A stretch of DNA of 64,000 bases, taken from positions 248,001 through 312,000 of the forward strand of contig OZ025706.1 in NCBI GenBank assembly GCA_964019335.1. The letters run 5' to 3'. Under the pieces are notes generated by a model. The model worked only from the letters and a program-made list of their open reading frames with translations. It did no database searches and was not told the DNA's origin. Source of the stretch: Diplonema japonicum. Lineage: Eukaryota; Protista; Euglenozoa: Diplonemea. Made by a program: the position numbers and the translations under genes. Positions 1 to 12,351 of the stretch are shown here, in pieces. The first letter of the stretch is position 1. Each line of letters starts with the position of its first letter.

Positions 1-3000
1 GGACTTCCTTGAGAAGTGCGCGTGAAGAAGCAGGCTGACCTTGCAGTTCGGGCTGTCGAAGCTGAGGTCCGCCTGCTTGATACCGCAGTGCTTCGAAAGC
101 TTCTCGAGCTTCACGTCCTCGTGGTGCCGGATCACCGTCCCAGCGAACTCTGTTGCAGAGCTCAGGATCTCAATCAGCTCACGGATCTTCGACTTCTCCT
201 TCACAGATGAAGCAAATATCTCAATGGTGGTGTATTGGATGTAGTAGTACGCCGCGATCATCCCAAGGTTCGCTTCCTCAAGGTTCTCTCTAATCTCACC
301 GGTTTCTGTTTTCTGCTCATCGACTGTGATACAGCCAGCGTCTTGGAGGGACTTGATGGAGTTCTCGACAAGTTCAGACAGGTACTCCGACATGTGCTCG
401 TGGCTCAGGCCGAACATTCTGTAGAAGAGAGGGTTTTGTCGCAGCCTTCTGTACAGGAACGTCCACGTCAGGTAGTCGACGGCGTCCTGCTTCGCTTCGA
501 TCGTCTTGTAAACGATCTCGGAGTTGAGATGGTCGATGATGAACCCTTCAAGCTGGCTCTCCACAGGGAAGGGGTCGTAAAGGACCTTCTTGAGGTACGC
601 CTTTCTCGGGGTGTGGCACATGACTAAGGCAACGCCTTGCTCGTCATGCTGCTGTCTCCCTGCTCTCCCCACCATCTCCAGCATGTCTGCGAGGTTGTAG
701 TCCACGTGCCTGTACTCCTTCCCGTCGTAGTACTGCGTTCCTAAGGTGATGACCATGTAAGCAGAGAGTGACAGTTTGTACACCATTGTGTATGGTGCTA
801 CCACAATCTGGATCGCGCCGATCGAGGAGTCGAAGAGCCCACCCACGACGGCCTTGTCCGTCTTCGCCATCCCTTCGTCGAAGAAGCCGATCCCGTATGA
901 GAGCGCCTTCTTCAAAAGGCGGTCCTTCACAAGTTCCATGTGCGGCTCCATCTCCTGCTCCTTGCAGTGCAGGAACTGCTTCGGTTCGATGTCACCTGCG
1001 CACAGCGTCAACATTTCGATTACTAGGTCGTACTGTTTTTTTCTTTTGAAATAAAATCAAAAAAAACATACCGTAACCCTCTTCGACGGGGTGAAGATGA
1101 TAACTGGCTTCCCTTGGGCCTGCTGCTTTACCGCGAGGTATGCTGGTTTATGCATCGAGATTGTTCGTGTGGAAAACCCGGGCTGTTTTTTTTCTTTTTT
1201 TTTTTCTTCTTTTTAAATACCTGGTCGAATCCCCTTAGGCTGATCTCGATGGGGGTAGGCCGCGCGCTGGGGTGGAAGTTGAAGACAGCAGGGGAAGGGC
1301 AACCCAGCCACATCCCAACGTCCTTCGCATGCAGAAGGGAGTGGGCAAGCCCCACGATACGGATCTTCTTGCCGTCCTGCTGGGTGTTTGATGAGATGTA
1401 GCGCATTCGGGACACGACGATCTCCATCGTTGGGCCGTCGATAGTAGAGAGCATGTGCAGGTCGTCAGCAACGAAGAGCTTCACCGTAGTGATGTTGCGT
1501 CTCTTCTGCCATCTCCGCGACAGCTTGTCCCACCACTTGGCCGTCGTCATTATGATTTCACCGCTCTGTGTTGATTATGTTTGTTTTGTTTTATTACTCC
1601 AAACCTCCAGCAATTTCAAGTCGATGGCGGTGTCCCCCGTCAGGACGACCACTGTCTTCCCAAGCTTTTCGCCGAACTTCACTTTCCAAACCTTTTTTTT
1701 TTTAATAATTTTTATTTTTACTTTTTTTTTTCCCCCGAGAAACAAACCTCATGTGTTGCGGCGACCTGGTCGTCTGTCGGGGCCACGTAGACACCTCTCA
1801 CCCTCTGCCCCTGCGCCTCGTTGAACATCGCAAGGAACGCAAACTCAGCAAGCATTGTCTTACCCGAACCGACAGGAGCACAGATAAGAGCATTGTCCGC
1901 AGTCTTGTAGACAGTGTGGAACACCTTTATTTATTTATTTATTTATTTTAATTTCTTTTTTTCTTTCCAAACCTGTGTCTGAATCGGGTTCAGCGTCTTG
2001 ATGCCAGGGTACAGACCCTCGTAGGCAGGGATACCCAACGCGGAGACGGGAAGCGGTTTGAGGTCGTGGAGCTCCGTGTGAGCCGGGGACTTCTCCGGGA
2101 GGATCATACCACGGAAGCTGACCTGTTGTTGAGAAAATCAAAAAAATACCCCCCACCAAAAAACATACCGGAACCACAGCCTCACTCCACAGCCACCTGT
2201 CAGACACGATCTTCAAGAAGTACTGAGGCGGCATTGGTTCGAAGATGGGGACGTTGAAATACAGGTAATGTTCTTCATTGACATGTTTCTCTTTGAGAAT
2301 GAACGGCTCATGGTGGAGGATGCGTTCACCGTCAGGGTCTTCGATGAAGATGTGGAAGGCTTCTGCGGCACCGTGATACTTCTTGTCGAACTGAAAGTCG
2401 GCAACAACGCAGGTTTCGATACGCGCCATGGAGCGGGTGATCGGGAGGAGGAATGTCCTATCCGTGTCGATCACTAGCTTTGGGATCATGTGGATGAACT
2501 TGAAAACAGTCTTTGCCGACCTAGGGTTGCTGATCATGCCCGCGAGGTCTTGCGTTGTCAGATTGTAGTATCTGTCCCACACGAGGTTTCTCCGTTCAAG
2601 ACGCTCCAGAACGGCCTCCTCGAGATGCTTGCTTTTAAACTGTCTCAGCGGTGAATGGCTCAGCCACATCCTCTTCTCCACCATCTTGGCGAGGTTCAGA
2701 ATCTTATCCGCCAGTTCCGCCCAGCCCCGCTTCACCACAGTCTCGAACATCGCCCTGACAATCCTTCCCGCCGACTGCGTGATGTACACCATGTCGGACA
2801 TCAACGCGAACCCCTCCAACTTCAACTGGCTGATGTACGCTTGCAGCAACACGTTAATCTTTGCGAGCGGGTTTTCCTTCGTCTCCTTGACGGGGATCGG
2901 CACCATTTCGAGGAGCTTCCCGAGCTCCATTTTCTCCTCCTCCCTCACCGACATGTACTTGAACTCGTCCGCCATCGAGAACAGCCTGAACAGGTCCATC

Positions 3001-5981
3001 TCGTGCATGGTCGGCTTCAGGTGCTCGTTGAACTTCGACATCGTCCCCGACGTCAGGTAGTAGTGCGAGCACACCCTCCCGAGGTCCGTCGCTTCAAAGA
3101 CACCACCCTTTCTGTCGTACTTGATAAGGCTGGATTTGTCAAGCTGCGTGGCGGCGGTGTGGATGAGGTCAGTGCGTCTCTGTTCAAGTCGGGGGTCGTC
3201 TTCCATCTCCTCGCGGGTGACGCCGTAGACGCCTGGCTTCCGCAGCATCCTCACGTAGAGGTACGTGTAGCCGAGCCATGTGACGGCCTCGCGGACGTTC
3301 TGCACAGTGCCCATTACGACCTCTGCGTTGAGTTGGTCGACAAGCTTGTTGATGAAGTGCGACTCGATGGGCAGCTGCTGGTTGAGGAGGGAGAGGTAGA
3401 ACTGCAGCTCCGACTGCCCCGTGATGATGATACCTTCCCCGACCTCGTCACCGCCGCCCTTCGTGTACTGCGGTCGCCCCGCACGACCAATCATCTGCAT
3501 GACGTCCAATGACGACAGCTCGGTCCACCTCCCCTTCTCCGGGTTGTACACCTGTGTTCCCTTGATGATGACAGTCTTCGCAGGCAGGTTCACACCCCAC
3601 GCCAGCGTCGCTGTTGACATCAACACCTGGAGGTGCCCTGCCCCGAACAGAGCCTCTACCGTGATACGGTCCTCCTTGTGCAGCCCTGCGTGATGCACCC
3701 CGAATCCGTACCTCAGCAGGTCCTTCAGGTTCGGGTCCTTTATCCTCTCCGCCTCCTCTTCGAGGATCTCCCGCCTCGCGCCGTCCTGCTGCAGGAATTT
3801 CCCAAGCTCCTCGTTCTCCAGTGCCTTGTCACGGATCGCTTTGGCGGTCGCCACAGTGTCTTTCCTTGAATGCACGAAGACAAGGATCTGGCTCTCTCCC
3901 GCACGCGACATGACCTTCTTGTACACAATGTCGTTCATCACAGCACGCCTCTTCAGGGGCTTCTTTTCTGTGAGCCCGATGTACTGCTGCTGAAGGGGCA
4001 CGGGACGGAAGGACCCATCGAAGTGGAAGAGCGCGTTCTTCTCAGGGTCGCTGGACTTCGGGACACGCAGGACAGTGGCGACATCCTCGTAGTTGGGGAG
4101 GGTCGCACTGAGACCCACAATCCTGGTGTACTCCTGCGTGGATTCAATAAGCCTGATGGTCCTGGAGATGATGGCTTCAAGCACAGGCCCACGCGTGTCG
4201 TGCAACAAGTGGATCTCGTCCATGATAATGAGCTTCACCTGCTGCATGTTAGCCTTGTCGCCTGTTTTACGCGTCACAATGTCCCACTTCTCAGGTGTTG
4301 TGACGATGATGTGTGACTTCTGCATCTCCGCCTTCGTCAGCTGCGCGTCACCTGTCAGCTCGCTGACCTTGATCCCGAACTTCTTCATTCTGTTCCCGAA
4401 GTTCCCGACGACCTCCTGCACAAGGGCCTTCATGGGTGCGATGTACACGATCTTCATTTCGCTGAGGAGGTCCTCGTCCACTTCGCCGTCCTCGACGCAC
4501 TTGGACACCTCACGCAGCATGGTGAGCATCGCCACGTTAGTCTTCCCCGCACCGGTGGGAGCGCACAGCAGCATGTTGTCGTCACGTTTGAAGCAACAGT
4601 CGTACACAGTGCTCTGGACGGGGTTGAGGTACTGCATGCCTTCGAACCCAAGCTGCGCCCATTCAGGGAGAGATTTGATGGAGATCAGTGTAGAGGTGTC
4701 GACAGGCTTCTTCTTTATGGCAGGGATGTGGATTTCTTCATAACCTTTGCCAGTAGTGCGTGTGGTCCCCTTGGGCAGGGCGCACTTTGTGTTTGTCATG
4801 GTTTGCGAACCGTGCTCGAAGGTCAGGTCCTTGAGGTCTAGGATGTTCTTCGACTTGTCGTCGTTGCGGTTGCCGTCTTCTTGCTGCTGGCGGAGCTGCT
4901 GGCGGAAGGCCTTTGCCTCGGTGTCGCCCTTTCTGACTTCCTTTTCAAGTTCAGAGAGGATGGCGGGGCCGTACTCGAGGGACTCTAGTTGTGTGACGAT
5001 TGCAGAGCGGTCGTCGCCCTTGGCACGGGTGATACGCGTGCACCATACGATTTTCCATCTGTTTTTGATGCAGATTTTGATAAGTTCGAACTTTTGGTAG
5101 TTGAACTGGAGCATCATGTCTGTCTCGACGGCATCGTCGGGCTTGGACTCGTCGGAGAGGAGGTCGAGGATGGTGTCCGCACGCTTCTGCGTCTCGTGGG
5201 GTGTCTCGTTGGGGTCGATTTGCCCGATTTCACGTTGGAGCCAGTACGCGTCGATCTTCTTGGCGTCCAGGAAGTCAGACTGTTGTGTTTCATCCTCGTC
5301 GTCGTCCTGCTGCGCGCCGTGGAGGACGACGTTCGTTCTAAGGTCTTCTCCTTCCTCGTCTTCGTTCTCATCTTCTTGGTCGTACGCGTGCTTCATGTAA
5401 GCATCTTCGTTATCATCTTCTTCATCATCGTCGAAAACTACGCTGACGCCATGCTCCTCGGGGTTTGCCATTTGTTGGTCAGGGTCTTCTTCAGTGGTGT
5501 GGATGTAGTCTGTCAGCTTTCTGGAAAGCTGGATGATCTTTAGGAAATATTCGTCGGACACTGCAATGTCCAGGAGTTCTTGGATTTCCTGCTTTTTCGA
5601 TCTGTCCTTTTTGTTGGCGTTTTTAAGGATGGCGAGGGCTTCCTCTGCGCATTCACGTAGAGCGTGTTGCTCGTCGTCTGCGAGGAGGACCTGGAGGTTA
5701 TTCAGGAATTCTTCCCAGACGAGTTTTGTCTCCCGTGTTTTCGGCTGGTACCCGGACATGCCCCCTGTGCCTGTGCCTGTGAGTGTTGAGCCTGTTCGTA
5801 GGCGCTTTGCAGCAGTTTCGTAGTCGACATCTTTCCGTTTCTTGGGGAGCGTCTCGTCACCTCGCCGTAAGGCCTTGCCACCCATCTCTCTTTGAAGCTC
5901 CCTCCCCTTCACGCCTTCCCCTAAGGATTTCACATCGCTGCTTGTCGCAGCACCTTTCCCTCCGGATCCTCTCTCATTCAT
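1..5981 (-). CDS. BRR2: U5 snRNP 200 kDa RNA helicase BRR2 (tandem Ski2-like helicase + Sec63 cassettes); 3' end runs off the window start
   Basis: Motifs [36 protein letters not shown], Sec63 '[19 protein letters not shown]'; second cassette [22 protein letters not shown]. Six GT-AG introns restore the frame: 2123-2168, 1925-1972, 1692-1747, 1566-1604, 1183-1220, 1033-1071 (e.g. ...EAVVP|[11 protein letters not shown]; NPIQTQ|VFHTVYK). Confidence 0.97.
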
Positions 5982-6146
5982 GTTCCTTGATCACTCCCCT
6001 CCTGTGGAGAAGTGTTGTCGGGGGGGGGGGGGGAATTAAAAAATAAAGAGAGAGAGAGAAAAAAAAAAGGGAGGTAAAAAAAAAAAAAGAAAAAAATAGT
6101 GTAACTAGAATTTATAAAGTTTACCAAAAAAAAAAAAAAAAAAAAA

Positions 6147-6188
6147 ATGGGGCTTTGATTGCAACACTAGGTGGCGTTAAGCGTGCAA
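6147..6188. repeat. Dispersed repeat A, copy 1
   Basis: 42-nt ATGGGGCTTTGATTGCAACACTAGGTGGCGTTAAGCGTGCAA, identical at 32251-32292. Confidence 0.93.
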
Positions 6189-7690
6189 CGTTAAAAAAAG
6201 GAGGGGGAGAGGGACATTTACAAAAAAAAGAGAAGAAAAAAAAAAAGAAAAAAAAAAAACGATGGTTATTTTTTTTTTTTTCCCTGTCCAGCAGCGATCA
6301 GTTAGAGTCTCTTTGCTTTGCGTTGCTGCAAGCAAACCCGGCGGGGCCGCCAGACAGGTAGGAAACAATCGGCTTAAAAATAGGGAGGGGAGGGTGGTAA
6401 ACTTTACGAGAGGGACTGAGGGGGGAAAAAAGGGGGAATGTAGGGTACATGTGTAAATGAAAAAAGCAGAAAAAAATGGGGGGGTAAACCAAGGGCTGAG
6501 AACCTTGATATATTTCTTTTTTTTTAAATATATATAGCGCTATTCTTTTTATTTCTTTTTATAGTAATTTCTTTCTTTCCTTTCTCTGTGTAAGGAACCA
6601 TAAAAAGCTTTGAAAAATCCCGGGCAGCGAAAAAAAAAAAAAAAAAAAAGAATTTAAAGAAAACAGAAAAGAGAAATGTATGGAGGGAAAAAAAAAAAGA
6701 GAAAAGATAGAAGGAACAAAAAAAGATCTACATGGAGCTCTTCTTTTCTCTTCTTTCTCCTCCCATTTTTCCCCCCCCCCTCTTCTTCTTCTCTGTTTTT
6801 CTCTATCAAGTGGCAATCATATCCATTTTGTAGCTTTGATAGCAGCAAAGATATAAAAAAAGAAAAAGAAAAGAGAGGGAGAAAAAAAAAGAAAAAAAAA
6901 AGAGAGGTAGGAAGGCTGCTGAAACATAAATAAAGCTATGTGATAGGGAATGTAAGGGCGAAAGGGTAAGTGGTATTTTTTATTCTTCTTATTTTTTTTT
7001 TTCTTATTTTTTTTTTCACTTTCGCAGCTTACCTCAGTGTCGCATTTTTTCCCCTCCTTTTTTTTTTTCTTGCGACAATAAACTGGAAAGAGGGGAGAGA
7101 GAGAGGGGGGAAATGTGCAACAAAAAAGAAAAAAAGAAAAATTCTGGAAGGGTATTTCTTTTTTTCATTTTCTTTTTTCTTCATCTGGAAACACACCGTG
7201 TCCTTCCCCTACAAAGCCGCAAAAACAATGTGAAGCAATTCCTTGTTAGAGGCTGGGGCCAGGCTGTAGGCAAAGTCAGATACGAGTGGGTTCTACTTCA
7301 TTTTAATTTATAGTTTGCTTTTCTTTTAAAAAAAAAGAAATTTATAATTTTTTTTCTTTTTCTTTTTTTTGCTGGAGGGTTTTCTTTTTTCATTTTGTTT
7401 TATAGCTATAAAGAAAAGACGAGAAGACAAACAAAGAACAGTGGGGATAGTTTTTTTTTTTACCCGCCTTTTTTTTTTTTTTTTTTTCTTTTTTTTTTCC
7501 AAGTTTCTCTTTCCCACACTATCACCTTTCTTTTCAAAAAGAAAAAATCAAGAAGGCGGTGTGTGCGGCTAAAAGAGAATTGAATAAAAAAAAAAAAAAA
7601 AAAGAATTCAAAAAGAGAGAGAGACAACAAAACAAAAAAAAAAAAAAATGAGAACTTTTTTTTTTTCTTTTTTCAAAAAAAAAAAAAATA

Positions 7691-8807
7691 TTATTGTGAG
7701 AGCAAAGCAGCAAAATGTCTGCCGAAAGGTGCTGTTTGCATCTCGATGAGAAAGGGTTGCAGGTGCTGTTTTATAACCGATTTCCCCTCTGCATGACATA
7801 AGTCGTAAATCTTCTGCGCAACATAGTTCCCGTACTGGTCCGTCGCGGCCTTGGAAAACCCGGTTTGGTACCGGGGACGAGAAGGAACAGGCTGCATCAA
7901 CTCGAGAAGAATTTCGTTTCGCAGCTCGGAGCTCGATGCCTCAAACGCCTTCTCGACCACATTTGACGCGTACTTATGCGTGCAGAGGAGAGAAAAATGC
8001 CCCTTTAACCGCAAAGTAAGCGATTTTTTGTACTCAGGGTGCCCGTGAACAAGAACATGCTGGACCACATAATTACCGTACTGGTCAGCGATTAAAGAGT
8101 GGATCTTCATCAAAATGCATTGGAGAATGGGGAGAATGGGTTTTGCGGATTTGGCATTCTCGAGGATTCTCTGAACGATTCTGCACCCGAAGGGGTGTGC
8201 GGCGAACTTTACAATGTTTCCTCCCAAGGACTCCACGATGAATTCACAGATGACCGGATCTGTTTCAATGGCTTTCTGGACAATGTGGTTCCCGTTTGCA
8301 TCGTTTACAAGATCGATCAAATGAAGCTTGACCAAAGGTAAGACCACTCCTGGTCTTGCCGTTAGGCATCTTTGAACAATTCGGCACCCGTATACATGTG
8401 TTGCATATGGCATAAACGATGCCAGGATATGAGCTGTGATGTCGTCCACAATATCTAATGGGCCTATCTCGACCAACCGTTGAACAACGTAGTTACCGAA
8501 GATATCCGTGATGAGGGACCTCAGAGAGGGTTTTAAACTCCTGTAGATGGCCTCCACCTCCTTCACCCCGCTCTCTTCGATCTTCCTCTGGATTGTCCTC
8601 GATGCCTCTTGATCCAAGCACCCGTCTTCACTGTACCCCACCGTCGTGTTGCACGATGAGTTGCTCCCCACCTCCTCGTTCATTTGAATGTGCTCCTCAA
8701 GCGTAACAGCCTTCCGGGGAACTTCTTCATGAACAGTTTCAAGAGGAACCTCCAACGGCGAGTCGAAGATCGATGGTGCTGAGTGCCTTCTTCGGTGACC
8801 AGGCGTC

Positions 8808-8809
<2 letters not shown>
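7691..8809 (-). CDS. Pumilio/PUF-repeat RNA-binding protein
   Basis: About 8 PUF repeats (FGNYVVQ, YGCRIVQ, NGNHIVQ, FGCRIVQ, YGNYVVQ, YASNVVE, YGNYVAQ). ATG at 8809 follows an A tract; no intron. Confidence 0.93.
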
Positions 8810-8839
<30 letters not shown>

Positions 8840-9030
8840 GTATCTGTTGAGATTGGATAATCGGAGGACTTTCTCGGGTTGTACGTATTTTTTTTTTTTT
8901 TTGGCCCAAAATATTGCACAAGAGGTTAATAAAATCACACTTATAAAAAAAAGGGGGGGGTGGGAGGGGATACACTTTCATGTCAATCGGGGGGAAGGGG
9001 AGAAGAAAAAAAAAAAAGATTTGTTATTAT

Positions 9031-9149
9031 TTATGTCCCGTTCCCTGCGGCCCCGTAGGCATTTTCATCGAAGGACTTCCAATGAGTTTCCTTGTTCTGC
9101 GCCGCCGCTTTTTTAGAATTCACACGGACGTCTTGGCCGCCGAATTGTA

Positions 9150-9190
<41 letters not shown>

Positions 9191-10602
9191 ACCGTTTTCA
9201 TTTCCGAAGGCCCACCGATAGAATAAGCCATGCCCTTCAACCACGAAGGAACAGGTTGGTCGGCCTCGGAAAGCAGTGTAAATAAGTCTGGGGTGAGGGG
9301 TTTATTGCGCTGGTTCGCAAAGCCGATGGCAATGCCTTGGTTCCCCGCCCGACCGGTGCGACCCATTCGGTGGACATCTGTAATATATATATTTTTTTTT
9401 TCTTTTTTTTTTCCCCCTCTCATACAATCGTCAACATCGGTCGGTAAGTCGTACTGAACCACAAGCATGACACCTTGAATGTCAAGACCTCGTGCGGCCA
9501 CATCTGTCGCACATAAAATAGTGGTTTGCCCCGATTTAAAACGCGCCAACGCAGCCTCCCTCTCCGCCTGTGTCCGGTCACCGTGAATACTGTCCGCTGA
9601 AAATCCATTCTCCCTCAGAAACCTACACAAACCATTCGTCTCCTGCTTGGTGTTACAAAACACAAGAGTTACACCAGGATTCCCAATGAGGATACCAATC
9701 AGCACCATACGTTTTTCATGATCCTCAACCCACAACAAAGCTTGTTTGATATGCGTGTGCGTGGAACCAACACGGCCTATAGTCATGAACGTGTAATCGG
9801 AACCAACGAAATCCTGGGCAAGCCTCTGAACGACAGGTGGGAAGGTAGCTGAGAACATTAACGTTTGCCGGTTTCGGGGCATGGAACATTTTGTTGCGAT
9901 TTGTCTCAACTGTGGTTCGAACCCCATGTCGAGCATTCTGTCGGCTTCGTCAGCGATGAACAGGGCAAGTTTGACTAGGGAGACCCGGCCCTTTTCGTAG
10001 TGGTCAATAAACCTTCCAGGGGTCGCAATAAGAATTTCTACACCGTTTGACAATGCGTCAATTTGAGGTTTGAAATCCGCACCACCGTACACAACAGCGG
10101 GTCGAAGACGAGCTTGGTAGCAAAATTTTTGTGCTTCCTCGAAAATCTGTGTGGCGAGCTCTCTTGATGGTGCCAGTACCAACGCGCCAATTTTCGATAC
10201 TCTTTCCGGGGTGGTTGCGTTGAATGAGATGTTTAGTAAAATGTGTATTGTTGGGAGCAAAAACGCCGCTGTTTTCCCCGAACCAGTTTGCGCGCATGCT
10301 ACAATGTTTCGCCTACCAATCGCAATTGGAATTCCGTATTTTTGTATAGGTGTCGGGGCCTTGTACCTGCACCGATTGATATTTTGAATAATAGCTTGGT
10401 TTAAGACCTTTGGGTCCCATGCCGCCATAGGGGGTGTGTTGGGATCGACAGGGCTTACCTCGACTGGTTGTTTATGCGCCTCGTCAAATGAGATTCCCGT
10501 GGTGATCTGCTTGCTGAACAGCTCCTGCACACTTCCAGCGTTTCCGTACCCCCCATACCCACTGCGTCCGGATGGGTCCGAGAATTTGTTGTAACCTTTC
10601 AT
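9031..10602 (-). CDS. DEAD-box RNA helicase, DED1/DDX3-like
   Basis: PTPIQ, AQTGSGKT, PSRELA, DEAD, SAT, ARGLD, HRMGRTGRAG. Two in-frame introns, 9378-9425 (restores DDYVHRMG) and 9151-9192 (EMKT|VQFGGQDVR). Confidence 0.94.
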
Positions 10603-11483
10603 TTTTTTTTTCTTTTCCCCTTTCCCTCTCCCTTTTTTTTTTTTTTTTTTTTTTTTGAGAATTTCTTTTTTGTAGAAAAGAAAAAAAAAAGGGGGTGGTG
10701 GGAAATGCGTGGACGGGGTTGGTAAAAAAAAAAAGGAAGAAGGAAAGATTTTGGTGTTGTTTTTTTTTTTTTTTTTTTTTCTTTTTGTTTTGTTCTCTTG
10801 CAGTGTTAACTAATCGAATATCACCTAAGGACGACCCCCCCCCCCCCCCCCCCAGGTGTGCATTATCTCACTTCGTATGAGCTATTTTTTATTTTATTGA
10901 ACCTCGAGGAACCTTTTTTTTTTTTTTTTTTTTTTTTGTATCTTCCCCTCCCTCCCTCCCCCCTGGTGTGCACTCGCCTCTCTCTGTGCGCAATTGTGCC
11001 GTGGTATGTGGTATGGCCAGACCTCACATAACGAAGATGGGTGACGGCTTTGGGCCTCTTTTCTCAGCGTCGTAGCTCAACCATTTACCCCTCTCTAGGC
11101 AGGTATGAATGAAACAAAAAAAAATTGGGTAAAAGGAAAAAAGAAGATAAAAAGAGGAGAGAGTGAGAGGGGGGGGGGGGGGGGCAGTGTGCGTTGTTTT
11201 ATGGTTTCTTTTCAAACTCCATTCTTCTTTTTTTTTTCTGTGGTCAGAAAGGAGGATAAAGACAGAAGAAGCAGGGGCTGGGAGAAAGATTGGTCCATAA
11301 ATGGCCCACGTGTGTGTGTGTGGAGGTCGTGGGGGGGGGGGGGGGGAGATGAAACCACGCGCACGAAAGACTGCCTGAGGTAGGAGGGAGAGAAAATAAA
11401 CTAAACATATCAGATAAAACCCTCAGCAAAAGAAAATAACGAACCGAAGGTCTTTCGAGTATTAAACTCAAGGTAAAAAGGGT

Positions 11484-11515
<32 letters not shown>

Positions 11516-11549
11516 AAAAAGTTGTCTCGATTTTAGTGGTGCCATGCAG

Positions 11550-11642
11550 TATGTGACACAGCGGCCATCCTTGTGAAACTTCGCCCCGAAGCCTCCCAAG
11601 TCCTGTGGTCCCGTAGAAAGTAAAAGTGGAGAAGTAAAGAAA
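11550..11642. repeat. Dispersed repeat C (other copy 40237-40314)
   Basis: TATGTGACACAGCGG...TCCCAAGTCC...GTCCCGTAGAAAGTAAAAGTGGAG shared. Confidence 0.88.
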
Positions 11643-12280
11643 GCTTGGAAATTGAAATAGGGAGAGGGGCCACAGAAGCAATTAAACACCAACTGGAGAG
11701 TTGTGGGAGGCTTGCTTCACTGGCACGATGCCGCGGGGAGGCTACTTGCCTGACCTGGTGAAGCCACCTCCTTGTTCGATGTAATGGGATAAGGGACTCT
11801 CCGTTGAGGGCGATGCTAACTGGCGCCACGCGTAGGGTGGGCTCTCCACCCCCGTTCAGGTTTCCCCACGTGTACGGCTTTAGAACGAGAGTTTCCCTTT
11901 CGCTTGTGTTTCTCCAAACCACAATTACCAGGAACCACCACAGGGAGGTTGGAAACATTGGTCCCCCTAAAAAAGAGCACCCCTTTTTCTTTTTCTTTCT
12001 TCTTTAATTCAAACACCGGTGGTGGTCGGGCTCCAGCTATGTTCTGCATGCTGTCCCCGTTCACCCTTTTTTTAAAAAAAAAAAGTAAAAGAACACCCCC
12101 CCCACCCATCCATTCAGATAAAGAATATAACCACCCCTCCCATCAAGACCTCCCGAAAAGGGTGAGGGTCTGCTTTTCCCAAACTCAAAGATAAGATAAA
12201 ATAAAATAAAAAAGCACCCCTGGAGTGCCCGCCACGTATGGACCCGCCTTTTGACAGAAAATAAAGTTCTGTGAACTGCA

Positions 12281-12312
12281 TCACACTGGCTTTGAAGGTG
12301 AGCTCCTGTGTG

Positions 12313-12351
<39 letters not shown>

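Noticed and set aside
235-5823. Long + strand ORFs overlapping BRR2 (and similar ones over other genes)
   Set aside because: Antisense shadows of GC3-rich coding sequence.
11715-11760. HDV-like ribozyme core (GCC-TCCCCGC-GGC on minus) and U1-like TACTTGCCTG on plus
   Set aside because: No convincing P1/P1.1 partner and no U1 stem-loops or correctly placed Sm site.
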